A stretch of 63,554 nucleotides of DNA, counting the filler, from Rhabdomonas costata (taxonomy: Eukaryota), in the NCBI GenBank assembly GCA_019059605.1. It is 37 parts of 37 records of this genome, joined end to end, with 100 filler letters (N's around TTAATTAATTAA, not from the genome) between each part and the next. Parts side by side here need not be neighbours in the genome. Positions count along the whole stretch, not along the records: positions 24,108 to 25,725 come from JAHMHO010011829.1; positions 25,826 to 27,446 come from JAHMHO010011830.1; positions 27,547 to 29,167 come from JAHMHO010011831.1; positions 29,268 to 30,888 come from JAHMHO010011832.1; positions 30,989 to 32,609 come from JAHMHO010011833.1; positions 32,710 to 34,330 come from JAHMHO010011834.1; positions 34,431 to 36,051 come from JAHMHO010011835.1; positions 36,152 to 37,772 come from JAHMHO010011836.1; 29 more parts are not named here. One strand, given 5' to 3'. The stretch's first letter is position 1. Each line of letters starts with the position of its first letter. The notes below the pieces were generated by a model. The model was not told the DNA's origin, did not search any database, and was given only the letters and a program-made list of their open reading frames with translations. Positions 25,621-37,152 of the stretch are shown here, piece by piece. The position numbers were made by a program, and so were the translations under genes.

Positions 25621-26291
25621 AGCAAACGCTTGATGATAACGACTTCTGGCAAGCGTACCTTCCGGCTTCTCATCTCTTTCTTGTTCCGTGTGTGCTGTTT
25701 GCTGTTTGCTGTTTACCCCCACACANNNNNNNNNNNNNNNNNNNNNNNNNNNNNNNNNNNNNNNNNNNNTTAATTAATTAANNNNNNNNNNNNNNNNNNN
25801 NNNNNNNNNNNNNNNNNNNNNNNNNGTGTTTTTTGTTATAGAAGTTAACTCTTGATGAAAAGATCCCAATTTCAACTGGGCTTGGCATGTTCTTTCGAGC
25901 TGTTCTTTAGCATTATGCTCTGATCTCTTTTTTTACCGTGGCAGGCTCGGTTCGGTTGGTGATAGAAACTTGAGGGCTAGTATCTAAGAACACTAGGCTG
26001 GGATGTTCGGCACAGGAAACACAGGTTGTTGGTGTTTTCATGGTCGGGGAGGCCAATGGGATGGCCTGGCTTGCGTCATGCAGGATTTTTATACACGCAT
26101 ACTTTTTGTTGGTTTTTATCCTCCTGCTTTCCTGATGCTCCAGTGAACGCACCATTTTGTTCGTGTTCTGTTGCCGTTCTTTTCTGCTCACTACTACGAA
26201 ACTGCAGAGTGGACGGCAGCCCTGTCTGGTCCAAGGTGGTTTGTTATGCTTGTAGTAGTTGTGCTTCCTTTTGGGATTCGGGTGTGTGCAG

Positions 26292-27379
26292 CTACCCGTC
26301 CCACCAGCGCTTCTCCAACGTGCAGTGGATCACTATGACCCGCATGAACCTCAACGTGATCACCAACACCCGCATCCCGACCTTATACAGTGCAGTGAAC
26401 TTGATCAACCCCTTTTACAACGGCACCGACATGAGCTACTACTACCTCGACCAAACGTCAGGGCAGAACCTCTTCTCGTTCTACCACGTCTCCTCACCCT
26501 CCGGCCTTGGCACTGTTTATGTCGACCCCTCGGAGAAGGAGTACTACCAGTGGAGCCAGGACCTCTGGTTCAATGTCAACACTGGGCTGCCGGAGATCTA
26601 CTTAGCCTACCACGTCCCCTTCGACGATGGTCTGGCCTCGCATGAGGTGCTGGCGTACACGGATGTGTACATTGTGAGCGAGTTCCTGCAGTCGATGCTG
26701 GGCACGCCGAAGGAGAGGCTGGCGCTGAGCTTCCACAACCCCACGGGGACGCTGATCGGGGCGTCTCATGGAAAGACCTTCAGTCACAGGTGTGGAGTGG
26801 TGGGTTGGTTTCTAATGGATACTCCCGCAAAAGTCGGCGCATCGAACAAAAAGCGTCTTGACCCCGAAGGTTTTGGTTGGGGACGTTGCCCCCACCCAGG
26901 CGCAAACCCATGCACCAGATTTTGCCCTTTGCAGTAATTAATTATTAATCAGTTTTTGCTGCCTTTCTGAGAGCCTGGATTTTGGCGTTGGTAGCCCCTT
27001 TCCTCCATCCTGAAAATCCTGTTTTTTTAAGTCTCGCGTGGGGATTAGGGGCATGGTTCAGAGGTTTGAAGCATACACGAAGATTCGCGCATTCCCCAAG
27101 GAGTTCCAGTTTCCAGGCCGATGTGGACCACCCATCATGAGTTGCATGCACGCTTGCAGTGACATCGACTTCAGCGAGTTCAACCCGCTGCTAAATCCTC
27201 CACCAGTGGCGGACTTCCGGCGGTACACCTTGGTCAACTCCACGGATGCGACCATCCAGCAGGCTGGGTCCTGGCTAGTGAAGACCTACATCAGCTGGGA
27301 ATTCTTCCCGGACCTCACCACGACCGTGTTTGTAGCCGGGGAGGACTACTGGCTGGCCAACTCTGTGGTGGTTGCCGAG
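26292..27379 (+). CDS. Extracellular Cache-like sensor domain of a receptor-type protein (exons 26292-26789, 27160-27379)
   Basis: VSEFLQSM...GTLIGASHG...NSTDATIQQAGSWL...GEDYW. Phase-2 GT-AG junction and high GC3. Confidence 0.6.
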
Positions 27380-28484
27380 GTGTCTTACCGAGCGTGTTAT
27401 AGCTTGTCGGGAAGCTTTTGCAAATACAGACGCAACCCAATTTCAANNNNNNNNNNNNNNNNNNNNNNNNNNNNNNNNNNNNNNNNNNNNTTAATTAATT
27501 AANNNNNNNNNNNNNNNNNNNNNNNNNNNNNNNNNNNNNNNNNNNNTTTTTGGTGCAGGTAGGGAACGTTGCTGGAGGGAGACGTGCGTCTTATACAGGA
27601 ACGCAAAGCAACAACCGAACTAAACTGCACCAAAAAACACGAATACCACACGGAGAGGGGAGGGGCAAAGTGATTTTATGTTCAGGTGCTTTTACGGTTT
27701 TTCGGGACTTTTTGTTTGCAGCGGCAGCTCCAGAAGCGGAGTCGCGAACTGCTCGGGAAGAACTTGTTGCTCGAATGACCGCCCGCAGGAGAGGGAGCGC
27801 TCAGGGAATGCCCAGCGTTCGTGCTCCCATGGCCACAAATCGGCCAGCCAAAAAATAGGAGCTTCCCCTTGTTTACCGGAAGAATTGAAATTGACTGACT
27901 TTTCGCTAATACCAGCTTTGTCCGAAATGGTGGTCGCTGTTCTGCATGTGCATGATGCGTTTTAGGCTTGCGACTTTGTATTTGCCATGTGTCCTTTGTG
28001 CCGACGTGCGGCGGCTGGATGCTGTTCCGTTCCACGTAGCCGCGGTTTGTTTCCAGACAGTCTTGTACGACAGCGTTCATTATGCTTGTGTCTTCGTCAT
28101 GGCATTATTCTTATTATTATTATTATATTTTTGAGAAACCCCATTTAATCTGCATCCAATTTACACAAACTTTCCCTCGCCACATTTGCTCGCTGCTATC
28201 CGTTGGCAGCGGTCACTACTATTTGTTTCATGTGACGTAAGAATTTTCTTAAACTTCATTGTCGTCAAAAAGCCCATTTTACTGGGTAACTTTTGGGTTC
28301 GCGAAATACAAAGTTTGTGACCAACCCAAGGCAAATGGTGGTTGCTGTTCAGCCACACTTAAGCAAGGTGATCTCCCGTCGTACAACTTTTTTGTGCTTT
28401 GAGTTTGGGAGGGAGAAGTTCTCCCGTTTACGAACTTTCGCGAAACCCACAGAACTTCGTTTTGCTGATTTTTTTTTCGTTTTC

Positions 28485-28751
28485 ATGGCCACTGGTGCTC
28501 AGTGTTGCCCTTCCAATGGGTTGCGTTTTAAAGTTGATGGTCGAAGTGTTCATGGCGCCCCCCTTGTGGTTCGGGTTCTTCAGCAGAAAGGTTGGACGGA
28601 TAGTGAGATCATATCCGAGACCGCATCTCGACCAGCAGGAAGGGGCACAGTTTCTTGGAACCTGTGGTGGAGATCCTCCCGCTTTGCAGAAGTGCATCTG
28701 AAGCACGCTAGGTTTCCGTTCCAGCGGCTGAACCACTTTAACGGTTCGCAG
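28485..28751 (+). CDS. Tubulin-tyrosine-ligase-like (TTLL, probable polyglutamylase) first exon
   Basis: PLVVRVLQQKGW...WNLWWRSSRF...QRLNHFNGS matches the TTLL WNL.W...Q.VNHFP motif. CAG|GTGTGG donor. Confidence 0.75.
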
Positions 28752-29289
28752 GTGTGGAGGAGCTCCGATGGTTAATTGCGCTGGGACGTTTTTTTGTATT
28801 TGCTCTGATGCCCTTCACTTTCTTTCGACTGAAAGCAGTCAGCTTCAGATCCCCCAGTGTTCCGCCTACTGTGGCAGATGCGATTGTGGGATGTTTATTC
28901 ACATGGCTTTTGCCGGTGAAAGTGTACTTTTCATAGGAGCTGACCCAAAAAGATCGTCTTGCCCGAGCCTTGCAGAGATTGCAGGCTGAGTGCGGACCCG
29001 ATGGGTCGTTTATCACGGAGTTTTTGTATGTCTCTGCTTCCGTGGTCTCTGTTCATCTGTCCAAGAGGCAAGAAATATTGATGGGCTGCCCACCCACAAG
29101 TATGGAAATAACGGCCAAGTGTGCAGTGACCGGTGCGCAGCGATTTTGTGCAGCAAGACCCTAAAAANNNNNNNNNNNNNNNNNNNNNNNNNNNNNNNNN
29201 NNNNNNNNNNNTTAATTAATTAANNNNNNNNNNNNNNNNNNNNNNNNNNNNNNNNNNNNNNNNNNNNGTGTGGGTGTGTTTGGTTGTTG

Positions 29290-30880
29290 TGTGATGTCAC
29301 CGCCACGGCGTAAATGGAAGAAGTGTGTCCCTCAAGCGTACGCTCATCCTTTCCGGTATCCATGTTCCACACCTTGATGGCACTGTCCGCACTTCCGCTG
29401 ACAATGTATTTACTGTCTGATGTAACGGCCACGGCTCTAACGGGAGAAGTGTGTCCCATAAGTGAGCGCTCCTCTTTGCCGGTGTTCAGATTCCACACCT
29501 TGATGGTCTTGTCCTGACTGCCGCTGACAATGTGCTTGCCGTCCGATGTCACGGCAAGGGCTTTGACGAACCCGCCGTGTCCCTCAAGGTGAGCCTTTTC
29601 GCCGCATGTGAGGTGATCCAGGGAGGCCTCTCGGAGGTCGACACCGCACAGCCGCGGCCGAGTAAGAGCGGCGTAGCTAAGATCAGCCCCTCGAAAGCTG
29701 CTGCACAGCACCTGCATATCCACCCCCACATTACTGGTGTTTGCCGCTCTGTGAAACAGTCACTTCATTTGAATATGCACTTGAAGGCCAGATATGAAAA
29801 ATTAAGGAAAGACCCCCCCCCCAGGGCAGGGGCCTGAGGGTGCAAGGACCGGCCACGCAGCGTTTTGGGAGGGAGTACACAAAAGCCCCGTTTCGGCTTT
29901 GCCCCAGAAAAGGGGGTCCCCTTCGCTTAATTCTGGTGCTCGTCAGCCGATAACCATACCCGACCTGTCTCTGAGGGCGAGGCCGAAGCAGGGCCGAGAA
30001 AAAGAAGAAATAGCAAATTTGCTTACTGATTTGGGTAAAAAGAGAAAAATGAGAAAAACTCTTTTTGTGAAAAAAGAAAATACTCTCGCTACAAACCCAC
30101 GGCAAACTGAAAAGGACCTCCGAAACACATCTACAGAGCAATAGGCAAAGGGAAAAGACAACCTGCAGGCCATCAAGGTTTGCTCCTGGGAAGCGGCAGC
30201 AGGAGAGGTCCCAGCCCCGCAACACGTGATCCACAGCAGCGACGATGGTCATCGCGTTGGCCGCCGCGCGGCACCGACGGCCCTCGGCGGATCCCGCCGC
30301 CCACAGCCTCGCCAGTCCACTGAGGCTGTCCATCCCCTCCGTTGACGTTGCTGCTGCTACCACTGCACTCCGCCTCGGGAGTGTGGGGATCTCCCCTCGT
30401 CTGCACCACAATGGCCTCCATGGCATCAATAAACTGCTTGTATTCAGAAGGGCTGCGGTGCACCAGAAGGTCCCGCACAAAGGCGCACACTGCAGGCAGC
30501 TGCGGCAGATCCAGGTCCATACAGCAGGGCGCAAGAGTAAGCTCAAAGGGGTTGCGCAGCAGGGCCTGCGCTGCGAAGAACTCCTGCAGACTGAGGTGGC
30601 TGAAGCTCACCGGTGCGTCCAGATCGCGCAGCCGACCTACCCGAAGGATCGTCGCCTCCCGCAGCATGGCGTCTATGGCCTCCCTTTCTGATTCACTCTC
30701 CTCCTGCTCGGTCTTTTTCAGACAAAGCTTTCTTTCCTCGCGCAATGGCATTCCCTTGCAGTCTGTCGCTGAAGTGATCGTTGTGAAGGAGGGTTGCGTT
30801 GAGGCATGGCTCTGACGAAGTTGGCGCAGGAACACCGCCCTGACCTCTCGCATCGGAAGGAAGGCCGTCTGCCTGGCGCA
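29290..30880 (-). CDS. NLR-like NACHT-associated region, pentapeptide repeats and WD40 repeats (exons ~30880-30163, 29711-29290; one frameshift)
   Basis: FSHLSLQEFFAA, then AAANAMTIV, DLSCCRFPGANLDG, FRGADLSYAAL...VDLREASL, then near-identical WD40 repeats (GH...AVAVTSD..IVSGS.D..IKVWN). Frameshift between about 30400 and 30270. Confidence 0.8.
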
Positions 30881-32828
30881 CAACACCCNNNNNNNNNNNN
30901 NNNNNNNNNNNNNNNNNNNNNNNNNNNNNNNNTTAATTAATTAANNNNNNNNNNNNNNNNNNNNNNNNNNNNNNNNNNNNNNNNNNNNGTTTGTGGTGTG
31001 GTGTGGTGGGGCAGTGGGCCCTGCCCCGCCACTGCCAGAGTTCTACAGTGCCCCTCGCCCCTCGGGGGCGACGAACTCTCTCGTGGTAGCAGGGCAGCCC
31101 CCCCGGGACCCCCCAGGCGAGCCTGGCACGGGGAAGGTCATGATTAAGATTCGCCTGCTGTCCTCGGCCGAGGAGCACTAAGTGGTTAGTTGAAGAGAGG
31201 AGAGGTGAGGGAGGCAGCTGTTCCCTGTTCCAACCAAGGGACCGGGGGAGCGGTTGTGCGGTGGGTGAGAGTTGTGGAAGAAGATGGTGTGTTCACGACT
31301 GCTGCTTCCCAAGCAGGAAGGAGGGATAAGGGGAGTATGTTATGGGGGTTTTGGTTTTAAAAATCGGGAGTTGAGATTAAGCACCAAAGAAAGGGTTAAA
31401 CTTCTCATCTAGCTGCGATTGTCGCGACTATGATCGGCTAAAGTGATGCTATCTAGATCCCGTCCTTTGTGTTCGGTATATTTTTGATTCAATAGCGCAG
31501 CCAGGGGCTAAGCTATCAACCAACAGGTTACTGCGGTGATTTAAGGGTGGCTGCAAAACGTGTCTGGCTTTGTCCCAAACGCTTTGGTGGGGGGGGGGGC
31601 TCAGTTGTGCGCCATCTGCTCACTGACCAGCTCAGCTTTTTTCTGCTCCTCCGCGTGTCACCTGTCCAACGCGTTCTTCCTTTGCATGTGATTCTTTCGC
31701 TGTGTGGGTGGGCTTTTACCTTTTTTGTGCGGTCGTATGTCGTATGGCGGAGCTGGGTGACCCGGCTGGAGGAGAGAAGCAGCCCCAGGACCAGAAGGAA
31801 GGCTCTGGATGTGTACATGTTGCATTGAACTAGGCCTTGCAGTGTTTCGTCTTTTTATTATGGAGGGCGGAGCACGTGCAGGATTTTCGATTGCCCAAAA
31901 GGCGCTCACATATGGCATGGTCCCAGTGTGACCACGGAGTCCCACGGGTGGAAGTTTTAAGCAAAGCGGTCTTTCGTACCAACTTTTTTGTATAGGTTTT
32001 GCTGAAAAGAAAAGTGGTTGGCTACAGATGCTCAGTGGAAGGCCAGATTGCTTCGCTTAGTTTTCCTGTGTTATTGTCATCCCAGAGCTCCTGCTTCCCG
32101 CGAACTCCCTTGGCCGATGCATCCCCTATGATATCCTTTGCCCGTTCTGATGTAGTGGATCAGCCGAACACGGTATCTTTTTCCTCGTCAAGGTCCTGAT
32201 ATTCAATCTCCCCGACCCGTGGGTTCCAGACGCTCGGAACCGAACTTTGGGAGAGGTGGGGGGGGGGGAAGCCTGTGTACGATCCCTTCTTCAATTAGCC
32301 CTCTCTCCCCTTCGTTTTTGGTTTGGCTTTTTCTGTAACCCATCTCCAGCTGTATTTCTCCATTTTTCCGAAAGCTCCGGACTTCACGTTGTTACGTGGC
32401 AGCGCTGTGCCGCAAAGATGCTGATTTATGTGGAGGACAATCCTGCTGGCGGAGCTCTGGGGCCCGCCGCCCTCACTGCGACGCCCACAGCGGTGGAGGG
32501 GACCAGCCTGCATGCCCTGATCTGCAGGGCGGATGTCTCTGCGGAAGCCAACCGAAACCGGTGCCTGCCTTAAGTCGAATGGTGAATCGAACAGACAAAA
32601 ACTCAAAAANNNNNNNNNNNNNNNNNNNNNNNNNNNNNNNNNNNNNNNNNNNNTTAATTAATTAANNNNNNNNNNNNNNNNNNNNNNNNNNNNNNNNNNN
32701 NNNNNNNNNTGTGTTGTTGTCAGCTGCTCGTCTACCGTGTCGTTCACCATGAACACAAGGAGATACAACCCTTCCTTTGTTATCGAAAAGATGTGCAAAT
32801 ACGGTTGCCTCATTTTACTGCCCACCAG

Positions 32829-33152
32829 GCCGCTCTGTCTTTGGTGGAAGCCATCTCCGGTATTGGCGTAAACTACGATCGTGTGCTGAAAGTGGTCCAT
32901 GCCGGGGTCGCATGCCGGCCCACCCTGGCTGGGAACATGGGCTGCGAGACCAAGGTAGGGTTCTGCGAGCTTGGCGGGGTGAGCGAGCTGGCGCAGTGCC
33001 TTTGCGCACTGAACCGCAAGCTGGGCACCGCGGTTCTGGCGTGCGATGGGGTGCAACGGGAGGTCGCTCACAGTGTAACGGCGCAGTGGGTGGAGCTTAT
33101 GGAGCTGAGTCTGGCGACGCGGCCCACTCTTGTGGACGTCTACGAGCTTAAG
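32829..33152 (+). CDS. Exon with the C-terminal half of a degenerate class III adenylate/guanylate cyclase domain
   Basis: HAGVACRPTLAGNMG...FCELGGVSELAQCLCALNRKLGTAVL...VDVYEL matches G+..G..+.GN+G...+G..V..A..L..LN+..GT.+L...+YE. Confidence 0.7.
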
Positions 33153-35200
33153 GTTCGTGGGTGTTTACGTGCTAACTTGCATTGCATCACAAAGGTCACT
33201 TCTGACAAAAGATGTACTTGGCGTAAATGAGGATTCTGGGGATAACTTCCGCCAGAATGCAGAGGTTATTGTGCACGGTCCCGTTTCGTCTTTTCTTTCT
33301 TTCTTTCTTGCATCATATACCACGGAGAAGCATGCGCTGCTTGACAACTTGGCGCTGTGTTAATACACCACCGTGCCGGTGTGAGCCGTGCCAGGCTTTT
33401 TAACAAGGTGTAAAGCTGACTCTGTTGTTTTATTAATAAGGTAGGTTACAACGTATAAAAAACATTGGTCTGAACGCTAAATACTACGGTGAAGAGCAGG
33501 TCTGAGTGCAAACAGTTGCGCGCCAAGGTGCGCGTAAAGCCGTTCAACTTTTTTAAAAGGGAGTCTCTCTCACCATTCACAGAGACTCATTCGCAGCCAA
33601 AAGTCGCCCCGGGATTCCAAGAATGAGGTGTGTCGCCCCTCACCGCTCCATGAAAGCGCTACTTGGCTCATGATTTCTGAGGAAAAGATCACAGACGACT
33701 TGGTTTTTTCTTATTTTAAATGTGTTTTCCCCCTCACTCTGAGTACTGTTATAGGTTCGGAGAGGGGAGGCTGAGATTCTCGTCTAAAGCAAACAAGAGG
33801 GCTAGATGAGGGCAATCTGAGGGCATCGATTTGAGGCCCGTTGAGTGGTTGCCTGGCCCCCGTTCGGCGTGGCGGGAGGGATGGGTGGTACTTTTGTAAA
33901 TACCTTGTGGGTGCTGTCGTAAACTCTCCGCGGCGTGGCGCAAGAAGCGGCGCAAAAGGTTTACTAAATGCCGTCAAGGGCACACAATCGGCCGAGGTTG
34001 AAAGGTCATACCCCATAGGACCGGCCACGCAGCGTTTCGGGCGGTCTGCTGGATATCCAAAAAGACCGCAGGCCTACTTTGGCTTAGCCCTCTACTCTCT
34101 GTGACATTCTGTGACATTCTTCTTCTCTTCTGTGTGCCTCTCTCCGTGTGTACCACCTCCCTCTTACCAAGTACGCCTCATTCCAGCACATCTTTTGGTT
34201 CCACTTTGGACGCATTGACCGTGCACCGTGCATACCCCAGGCCAAAGCCTCACTCATACTCGTAGCCCCAAACCCTCACAATATCATTTGCACAGCCTTC
34301 CCGCTGTCCTGCAAAGCCTCCCCACCACACNNNNNNNNNNNNNNNNNNNNNNNNNNNNNNNNNNNNNNNNNNNNTTAATTAATTAANNNNNNNNNNNNNN
34401 NNNNNNNNNNNNNNNNNNNNNNNNNNNNNNGGGGGGGTGTTCCTCCCTGAGTTTTCTCGATAGTTCGAGTTGTGTTCAATGGCGGGGGATGGGAGGTGCA
34501 GTGCGAGAGTAGTATCGGTGTGTCTTTCAGGACCGAGAAGATTCGGGGCCTGTTTCTTTTTCTGTGGTGGTGGACTGCTGATTTGCCGTATTGCCCGCTG
34601 CGCCGTTTTTGTTTGATCGTATGCTGTGCTGTACGCCCCTTTCACCACGCGCGACTATCATCCCTCCTGTAGATGGGGGGCTTAGGGTGAACGCTCTTCT
34701 CTTTTTGTGGTTCGCAGCCTTCGACTCTTCGGGGAATGGGGGCAATTCTGGTCGGTCTGGTTGGCTTAAAAAAGGGTATACAGAAACCCTTAATAGTTGC
34801 GTACCTAGCGCCGATCTTTTTGATTGAATTTCAGGGTTTATTTGGTTTTCCACGGGACTTGCGACAGGGGGTCATCGGGGTGAAAAAATCGCCCTCCCGA
34901 AATCAGCTGTAACCGTTGCGAGATTGGGGATGCAGAAAAACGTGTTGCCCCCCGCGTGTGACTTTTCGAGGAAAAAATAAGGCTGAGGAACTGCAGGCCG
35001 TGGTGTGTTGATACCAATTGACAGCATTTCTAGTAGAGTTTTACGTGGGTACTTTTTTTCTTCACTTTTTGCGTATTAGCTCTCCGTCTGCGATTTGTTC
35101 TCAATACGGCCCGTGGCCTTTTGGTTGTGTGTGTGGATTTCTTGGGAAAAAGGTGGGCGGCCTTACGCCCGTTCGTAGGCGTGGAGGTGGGTTTGCGAGT

Positions 35201-35341
35201 ATGTTTCGCTGCGGGGGGCTGGTGCTGACGTCCGCCGCGGACGCCTTCGCGGTGCTGGGGCTGCCTCGCGGTGCGCGGGCCGAAGAGGCCCAGCAGAGGT
35301 ACCGTGAGCTGGCGATGCAGTTCCATCCTGACCGTTACAAG
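35201..35341 (+). CDS. DnaJ/Hsp40 J-domain protein, first exon
   Basis: AFAVLGLPRGARAEEAQQRYRELAMQFHPDRYK with the HPD motif. Confidence 0.85.
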
Positions 35342-36558
35342 GCACACCTCCCCCTCCCTGTGCAGTGGGTTAGGAGTTAGGTGAAGCACGCGCCCCCTGG
35401 GATTCCAATAAAGCTTTTGCAGGGTGGTTTGGTGGCGATACACGGGTCCCCTGGGACTCTTTCCAGGTTGTCTTGAGGCCGCGGAGTGCACCTCCCAGGC
35501 CCAAGATCGTAGGTGCTTTCATTTGTGAGACACACAGGTGCGGGTAACAGGCGGTTGGGGGTGGGGGCATAAGTGCATTATGCCAAGCAAACATTCGGGC
35601 ACTCGGGGTGCACCAAAGGAGAAAATTGAGAAAATTCCGTTGATGAAAAAGAAATAATACCTGCACCAGGCTGCAGCAGGTCTTCCTGGGAGACGACAGC
35701 TGCGGCAATCTCCTTTGGCACTGCCTCCGTTTTGCCCTGCAGATCCATGAAAATGATCATGCCCGGAACCATTTTTTGCCTCCACCTTGGGGGTCTTCTG
35801 AAAAGGCTGCCCGGGCTTGGCCTTGTGAAAGGCCACCTCCATGCTAGCCGTAGCAACGTGGAGAACGACACAATGGATGGCCGTCTCTTGGAAACCGCCT
35901 GTTTCAACGCCTTGCTGGATGGAAACCCCTGGAATTGCGTGGAAAGCAGCAATTCTGTCCGCAAGGGAATGGGATAGCATCGTGAGAAGTTGTGGGGAGG
36001 TGCTGTTAAAAAGAAACTGCGATGTTTGAGATTAGAGAATGATTGTTGCGGNNNNNNNNNNNNNNNNNNNNNNNNNNNNNNNNNNNNNNNNNNNNTTAAT
36101 TAATTAANNNNNNNNNNNNNNNNNNNNNNNNNNNNNNNNNNNNNNNNNNNNGTGTGTGGGGATTACGTGGCGAGGTGTCCACAGGCGAGTGGGGGTGGGG
36201 ATGCACGCACATGCACACAGTATCTCTCTTTTTTTCTCGCTTTTGCGGAAACTCAATGCGAACAACTTCCTGCCGTGAACCTTATTTATTGTTCACGGGA
36301 AGATTTTCCTGGACTGGGTATAACATTATCTCTTCCCGCACGTTCTACTGTGCAAAGCAGTGGTTTGATATGTCCGCGAGCTCCTTTGCATCTCATTTTG
36401 GTCCGTGTTGCCTGTGAGCAGATTTGCTATTAATATTGGCCTTCGCTCTTCTCGCACAAGAGAACCGCACTCTCTTCTTTTTGCAAAAGCCGAGCGAGAC
36501 GGCCTGGCCGTCCTGTTTCTTCCGCGGTGTGTCTCCCTTCCGGGGGGGGGTGCTATAG

Positions 36559-37152
36559 GTGCTGTCGCTGCGCTCCAGGGCCGCGGAGGATGCCGGGATG
36601 ACCCTCACCCACGTCGCCCTGCGAGCCCCGACGCAGTCCGTGGTACCGCTGCGAGGGGCGCTGCTGTGGGTATCTGAAGAGGAGCCCGACCCCGAGAGCT
36701 ACACCGCCAAGTTCACCACACTGCCCTCAGGTGTACCCTCCCTTCTTTTTTATTGCCCACTGTCCCATTTTTCAATTAGTTTCAACGTAGCAAGAGCAGA
36801 GGTTCCAACCTAGAAGTGTGAAACTCCTTGCCCCACGGGACTTTTATCATTTCGTTTCTGCTAAAAGGTTTTTTTTGAAGTTCTGTTAACCTCCTAAACA
36901 TTTGAATGCTGATGCGGGGAGTTGTGGTGCATGCTCTGTGTCTTCTTGAAGTTTGGATCTCCGTTTGAGCTGATCGGATTCATTTGCTTGCGATCCTTCG
37001 ATATGGTGTGGTGGTGGACAGAGGAGCTGGCGAATGTCGAGGTTGCGGTGCGGCCCCACCCCCACCAGCCTGTCCTGGGGCTCTACCTTCCCCCAGAGCC
37101 CGAGAGTGGTCGCGAGACCTACCACGAGTTCGCCGTCCCCCCGTGGTGCAGG
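36559..37152 (+). CDS. Two exons of an unknown protein (36559-36730, ~37022-37152)
   Basis: High-GC3 blocks with AG/GT boundaries: LTHVALRAP...GALLWVSEEEPDP and QPVLGLYLPPEP. Confidence 0.5.
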
